Part shown: positions 34,604 through 38,228 of the stretch, piece by piece
How the letters are laid out: each line of letters begins with the position of its first letter
How positions within the stretch are numbered: the stretch's first letter is position 1
IMG/VR virus record: IMGVR_UViG_3300029818_000085
Span: 1-38,228 of that record
Length of the DNA: 38,228 bases
From: a virus
Lineage: Duplodnaviria; Caudoviricetes
Strand: one strand, 5' to 3'
Program-made: the position numbers and the translations under genes
Notes under the pieces: generated by a model
Seen by the model: the letters and a program-made list of their open reading frames with translations, nothing else
Databases searched by the model: none
Told to the model about the DNA's origin: nothing

Positions 34604-35465
34604 TGCGTTTTTGTTTTTGAATTTCTATATACACCCGGCGCAATGATCCAGCGGTGCGCAAATACATTTCCTTGTTGCTGAGCTTGGCGGTATTGGCTTG
34701 AGCCACCAATGCCATTTGGCGTTTAATAAACTCCTCCTGTCCCACACGGTCGGGCGGTGTTACTCGTTGGTACCTGCTTCCAAAGCGGCTGTATATTTCG
34801 GCAAACCCCACTTTTTTAAGGTTGCGTGAGCGGTCAAGTTTTTCCTTGAGGCCATCAGCCCCCATCATATACCATCCACAGCTGAACTCGGTAGCGTTCC
34901 ACAAGGCTTTGAGCTCTAAAAATGCGGGGTACTCAAGGTCGCCCGCCTCATCAAGTATGACAATTGGGCTGGTCATTGAGCGGATATACTGGGTCAAGTC
35001 TTCATAGATCACCCGGTAGCTGCCCTCGTGGTCAATGCCAAACTCTTTGGCTATTTTTTTAATAAGCTTAGTGCGGTTCTTAACTTGTGAGCAATCTATA
35101 TAAACAGCATTGCGGTTTTCTTTACAGTACACCTTTGCGGTGTGGCTTTTGCCTATGTCTGCAATGTCACAAAAGATGCCTGAGATGGAATGCTCCTGGC
35201 AGGCTTTGAGCTGGGCATAGATATAATCAAAAGCTTCGGTCTTAACTGTGTTCCAAGAGTGGTATTTGTTTTCCGGCACGTTTAATTGGCGGGCAATTTG
35301 CATCAGTTTGGCATCACTCACTACACGCTCGGTGTCGTTGTGGAGCAACCTGCTGAGCTGTGCAGGGTTGATGTCAAGAACCACAGCCAGTTTTGAGTTG
35401 GTATCATAACGGTTGGCCTCGTCTTTAATCTTGTCAATAATTCGGGCTTTAAATTCTGGTTTCAT
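34587..35465 (-). CDS. MuB-like transposition AAA+ ATPase
   Basis: Likely start MKPEFK at 35465. N-terminal HTH, variant Walker A DIADIGKS, Walker B VILDEAG and arginine finger IYSRFG. Confidence 0.88.
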   Translation of the reverse strand: MKPEFKARIIDKIKDEANRYDTNSKLAVVLDINPAQLSRLLHNDTERVVSDAKLMQIARQLNVPENKYHSWNTVKTEAFDYIYAQLKACQEHSISGIFCDIADIGKSHTAKVYCKENRNAVYIDCSQVKNRTKLIKKIAKEFGIDHEGSYRVIYEDLTQYIRSMTSPIVILDEAGDLEYPAFLELKALWNATEFSCGWYMMGADGLKEKLDRSRNLKKVGFAEIYSRFGSRYQRVTPPDRVGQEEFIKRQMALVAQANTAKLSNKEMYLRTAGSLRRVYIEIQKQKRNGQEN

Positions 35466-35469
35466 AGGC

Positions 35470-37485
35470 TTATAGGCTGTCAACAGCGTTTCGTTTAATC
35501 GATTTTTCGGTTTCAAAATCAAAGTCAAAGTCATCCTCAGGGGATTCTTGAGCGTGTACAATTTCAACTTCATTCACCGGGTCTAATGATGCGGTGTTTT
35601 GGATGACGGTGACTTTGTGTATTTTTTCAGATTTGACGGTTTTGTCAAAAGAGGCTACATATTTAGCCTGTTCGGTATAGGCTTCTTGGTCCTTATCAGT
35701 CCACTCGGCACGGGCGGTGTTGTATTTTACAATTTCGCTGCAAGCGCAAATAAACTCATCGCCCTGGTAGAGGTATATGGTTTCGGGCTTACTGTCCTTG
35801 GTGGGGATGTAATATGCCGTTACCGAGCGGTTGTTTGGTTTAAGTCGGCTCATGATATCCACATCCGGAAGCTGGTATTTAGTGTAGCTCACCTGCACAT
35901 ATTGTGAGCGGCGTATAGTAGTGTTAACCGCAACGCCTATATAGCGTGATAATAGATATTCTTGATAGGCTGCCATGTTTGGATTAAGGTTTTCCAGCAT
36001 CACCTGGAGGCGGGTCATTTTGGGGTATTTATCTTGGTTGGGGTGCGGGTCGTTGTTGTACATTTCAATCAGGGCTCTGTCCTCAGCAACCAGTTGATCA
36101 TAGTCGTATGTAGTTTCTTTCCAGCGGTTGTTTTCCTCGTCAAATATTTTCTCTTGGTTGGTTCTGTTGGCCTCAAGCTTTGAGAAAAATCGACCTATAC
36201 CGTCTTGATATTTTTTTTCATAGCCATACTTTTTAACTCTGTGTCCGGTTTCTGCCCACTTTTCTTGAGCGTTTCCGGGATTGGCCCAACGCACAAATGG
36301 GAATACGGTACCGGCTTTCATTAAGGTGTGTTCAAACTGGGATACAAGGTGGTTTTCAACCTCTACCTCCATAGGGATACCTATATTGTTCAAATAAAGG
36401 AATCTGAACATATCACGCATACAGTCGATAAATAGATCAGTGTCTTTTTTCTTGCTGTAGGCAGCCCCAAGAATACAGCCGGAAGCAATGTCATAGCTGT
36501 AATATGTTTTAACACGTTTACCATCGTGCATTTTGCGGGGCAGGTCGCGGTCATCCATTGATATTTTAGAAAGTGAAAATTGTGGCATGTCGCGGTGGTG
36601 ATGTGGGCGGTGTGTTGATGAAAATTCCAGTTTTCCACTCCTGTACTTATCTACCAAAATGCGGTTTTTAGGGTCGTTGATGTAGTTCCACACAGTGGCC
36701 TCTGTAATCACAATGGGCTCTCCATCTTTCATAAAATCTTTACGGTCGAAAATCTCGCCGGTCTTGACGTCCACCACCTCAATGGCACCGCCCAGAAACT
36801 GCATATATAAATCGTGTACGTTTTTGTTGTAAGGTTTGTTGGGTAAGCAGTAAAGTGAAAGTAGGAGTAGTTTTATTTGGTCGGTCACTTTACGTGAGTT
36901 AATGTTGCAGAATTTTTTGGAGACCAGAGAGCCGTAACTCTCCTCGATAAATAATTTATATTTTGCCTGAATGCGGCGGTGGTTTGTTGGCAGGGTATGT
37001 GGGCAGCTTCTCTGGTCTATGCTGTTGACCTGTTTGGCGATGTTTTTCCAAATGCCGGCACTTGTGCCTCCCAGTGCTTTTTTTTGACGTTGGCTCCTGT
37101 GAACTATCTGGCCGATAGTGGACAGCAGCTGCGCATCGTTGGTGTATTGTATCTGAACATCTGCCGGTAGGTTTCTACCATCAGGAAGTTTAAACTCGCT
37201 AAAGAACCGAGCCGCTGCCGGATCATACTTCATTTGCTCTTCCAGCCGGTCTTGTTTGATCAGGTCAATAGGGTCTGCACCCAGCTTGTCAATGATTTGC
37301 TTTTTGAACCGCTCCGGTATCGACTGCCAGCTGATAAGTGCCGTGCGCCCATTGCCACCGGTGCGTAGTTTTTGGAGTTTGCCACGGTGACACATCTTGT
37401 GATAATTCTCTCGTGTAAAAATATCAAAGTTGTCATATAGAGCCGAAGCTTCGAGGCAAAGGGTATTTTGGAATAGTACAACCAT
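35470..37485 (-). CDS. MuA-like DDE transposase
   Basis: Likely start MVVLFQN at 37485. SKISMDD, YDIASGCILG, NAQEKWAE and YNNDPH; adjacent to the MuB-like gene. Confidence 0.88.
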   Translation of the reverse strand: MVVLFQNTLCLEASALYDNFDIFTRENYHKMCHRGKLQKLRTGGNGRTALISWQSIPERFKKQIIDKLGADPIDLIKQDRLEEQMKYDPAAARFFSEFKLPDGRNLPADVQIQYTNDAQLLSTIGQIVHRSQRQKKALGGTSAGIWKNIAKQVNSIDQRSCPHTLPTNHRRIQAKYKLFIEESYGSLVSKKFCNINSRKVTDQIKLLLLSLYCLPNKPYNKNVHDLYMQFLGGAIEVVDVKTGEIFDRKDFMKDGEPIVITEATVWNYINDPKNRILVDKYRSGKLEFSSTHRPHHHRDMPQFSLSKISMDDRDLPRKMHDGKRVKTYYSYDIASGCILGAAYSKKKDTDLFIDCMRDMFRFLYLNNIGIPMEVEVENHLVSQFEHTLMKAGTVFPFVRWANPGNAQEKWAETGHRVKKYGYEKKYQDGIGRFFSKLEANRTNQEKIFDEENNRWKETTYDYDQLVAEDRALIEMYNNDPHPNQDKYPKMTRLQVMLENLNPNMAAYQEYLLSRYIGVAVNTTIRRSQYVQVSYTKYQLPDVDIMSRLKPNNRSVTAYYIPTKDSKPETIYLYQGDEFICACSEIVKYNTARAEWTDKDQEAYTEQAKYVASFDKTVKSEKIHKVTVIQNTASLDPVNEVEIVHAQESPEDDFDFDFETEKSIKRNAVDSL

Positions 37486-37501
37486 AGTTGATTTTGATTT
37501 T

Positions 37502-37527
37502 TTAAAAAGCCCGTCTTTCCGGGCTGT
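37502..37527 (-). terminator. Hairpin with U-tract upstream of the transposase
   Basis: Minus strand AGCCCG-GAAAGA-CGGGCT-TTTT. Confidence 0.5.
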
Positions 37528-37585
37528 CACGATTTTTTGTTTAGGACATTGTTTGTCCGCCTATCTGAGCCATGCTCTCGAATTG

Positions 37586-37630
37586 TTGCTCCCGGAGCGG
37601 ACTCGAACCGCTCTGTATGCCTTTCGGGAA
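37586..37630 (-). other. Mini tRNA-like element (acceptor-like stem plus T-arm)
   Basis: TTCCCG-N11-GAGCGG-TTCGAGT-CCGCTC-CGGGAG-CAA. Confidence 0.5.
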
Positions 37631-37688
37631 AAATCACTACATTTATTGGGTCTAATCTTTAAATTGTAGTGTATGTTAGCAGCTTATA

Positions 37689-38015
37689 TTATAGCGGTGG
37701 ATTTTTATCCGTTAGTTCCCATAAGCCGAGAAGAAATTCAAGCTCAAGTCCAGCCTTGTCTATCTTACCTTTCGGCGTTAAAGGGAGCTTTCGACCCTTC
37801 TCCCTGCACTGTAGAGTATTATCCTCCATCCGGTCAATCGTCCAAGACCCAGTACGCATCTGAAAGTTGGACAGCAAGGGCAATTGTGCTAATTTCTGTG
37901 GGAAAACAGCGCGGTGAGTCTTTACTTCAACTTTACCAAGCAATTGGGCGTCTAATAAAGTTTGAGTTACCTGACTATCAGATAAGGCTTGAGATAAGTA
38001 AACAATTCGTTTCAT
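37689..38015 (-). CDS. Hypothetical protein
   Basis: 108-aa ORF in operon orientation with an A-rich leader. Confidence 0.55.
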   Translation of the reverse strand: MKRIVYLSQALSDSQVTQTLLDAQLLGKVEVKTHRAVFPQKLAQLPLLSNFQMRTGSWTIDRMEDNTLQCREKGRKLPLTPKGKIDKAGLELEFLLGLWELTDKNPPL

Positions 38016-38030
38016 AATTTTTATTTTTGA

Positions 38031-38228
38031 TTATTGTTTTTGGGTTTCTATTTCTATTTTTTCGGCCTCTGCCAGTAAAAGTTCTTTGGCTCTGGCTCTC
38101 ATTGCCTTTGCTTGTGGTGAGTTGAACACATATTTTAAACTCAACCACACCGCCTGTTTAGAGCAGTTAAACTCCGCTGCCAACTGATTTTTGTGTGTTG
38201 CTGAAATGATTATCTCTTCTTTTTGCAT
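38031..38228 (-). CDS. Ner/Cro-like small DNA-binding protein
   Basis: LAAEFNCSKQAVWLSL HTH and AKAMRARA; first gene of the early operon. Confidence 0.7.
   Translation of the reverse strand: MQKEEIIISATHKNQLAAEFNCSKQAVWLSLKYVFNSPQAKAMRARAKELLLAEAEKIEIETQKQ

Larger units (their letters stand above)
1..38228. mobile_element. Mu-like transposable prophage (myovirus morphology), probably Bacteroidota host; ends and repressor not in window
   Basis: DDE transposase, AAA ATPase and Ner-like gene at one end. Mu-type portal, MuF, gp36, gpG, sheath, tube, tape measure and baseplate genes. DNA-modification genes at the distal end. Confidence 0.95.

Noticed and set aside
37673-38017. 114-aa plus-strand ORF as the phage repressor
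   Set aside because: No HTH or S24 motif, and it fully overlaps a minus-strand ORF that fits the operon.
1-38228. Mu-type ends (TG...CA, transposase-binding repeats) and host junctions
   Set aside because: The window starts at the MTase stop codon and ends at the Ner-like start codon, so the ends are outside it.

Overview
The whole window is a near-complete Mu-like (transposable) prophage with a contractile tail, very probably from a Bacteroidota host. The host call rests on TAnnTTTG promoter boxes, AT-rich starts without Shine-Dalgarno sequences, and DUF3164/DUF2586/DUF6046-type genes. The minus-strand early/middle operon (38228 to ~25200) carries a Ner-like HTH protein, a MuA-like DDE transposase, a MuB-like ATPase, a second ATPase, GemA-like and small genes. 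It also carries a complete diversity-generating retroelement (DGR): RT 26953-27915, TR 28024-28100 and two VRs (28207-28283, 28606-28682), where all 22 TR/VR mismatches fall on TR adenines. The DGR targets are two small paralogous proteins of the early operon, not tail fibres, and there is no recognisable Avd. A divergent late promoter region (~18335-18490) drives a plus-strand packaging operon (TerS, TerL, gp36-like, portal, MuF-toxin, gpG-like, gp37-like) and a minus-strand head/lysis/tail operon. That operon ends, at the position of Mu mom, in a thymidylate-synthase homologue with Asp at the Asn177 specificity position, coupled to a Dam-family methyltransferase and preceded by a long hairpin abutting its start codon. 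Other notable signals are an A10 slippery run that would fuse portal to MuF-toxin, a putative antisense sRNA where an immunity gene would be expected, a tail-chaperone -1 frameshift, and structured tRNA-like RNA elements in the early operon. Prophage ends and the repressor lie outside the window. All family assignments come from motif recognition by eye, not database searches.
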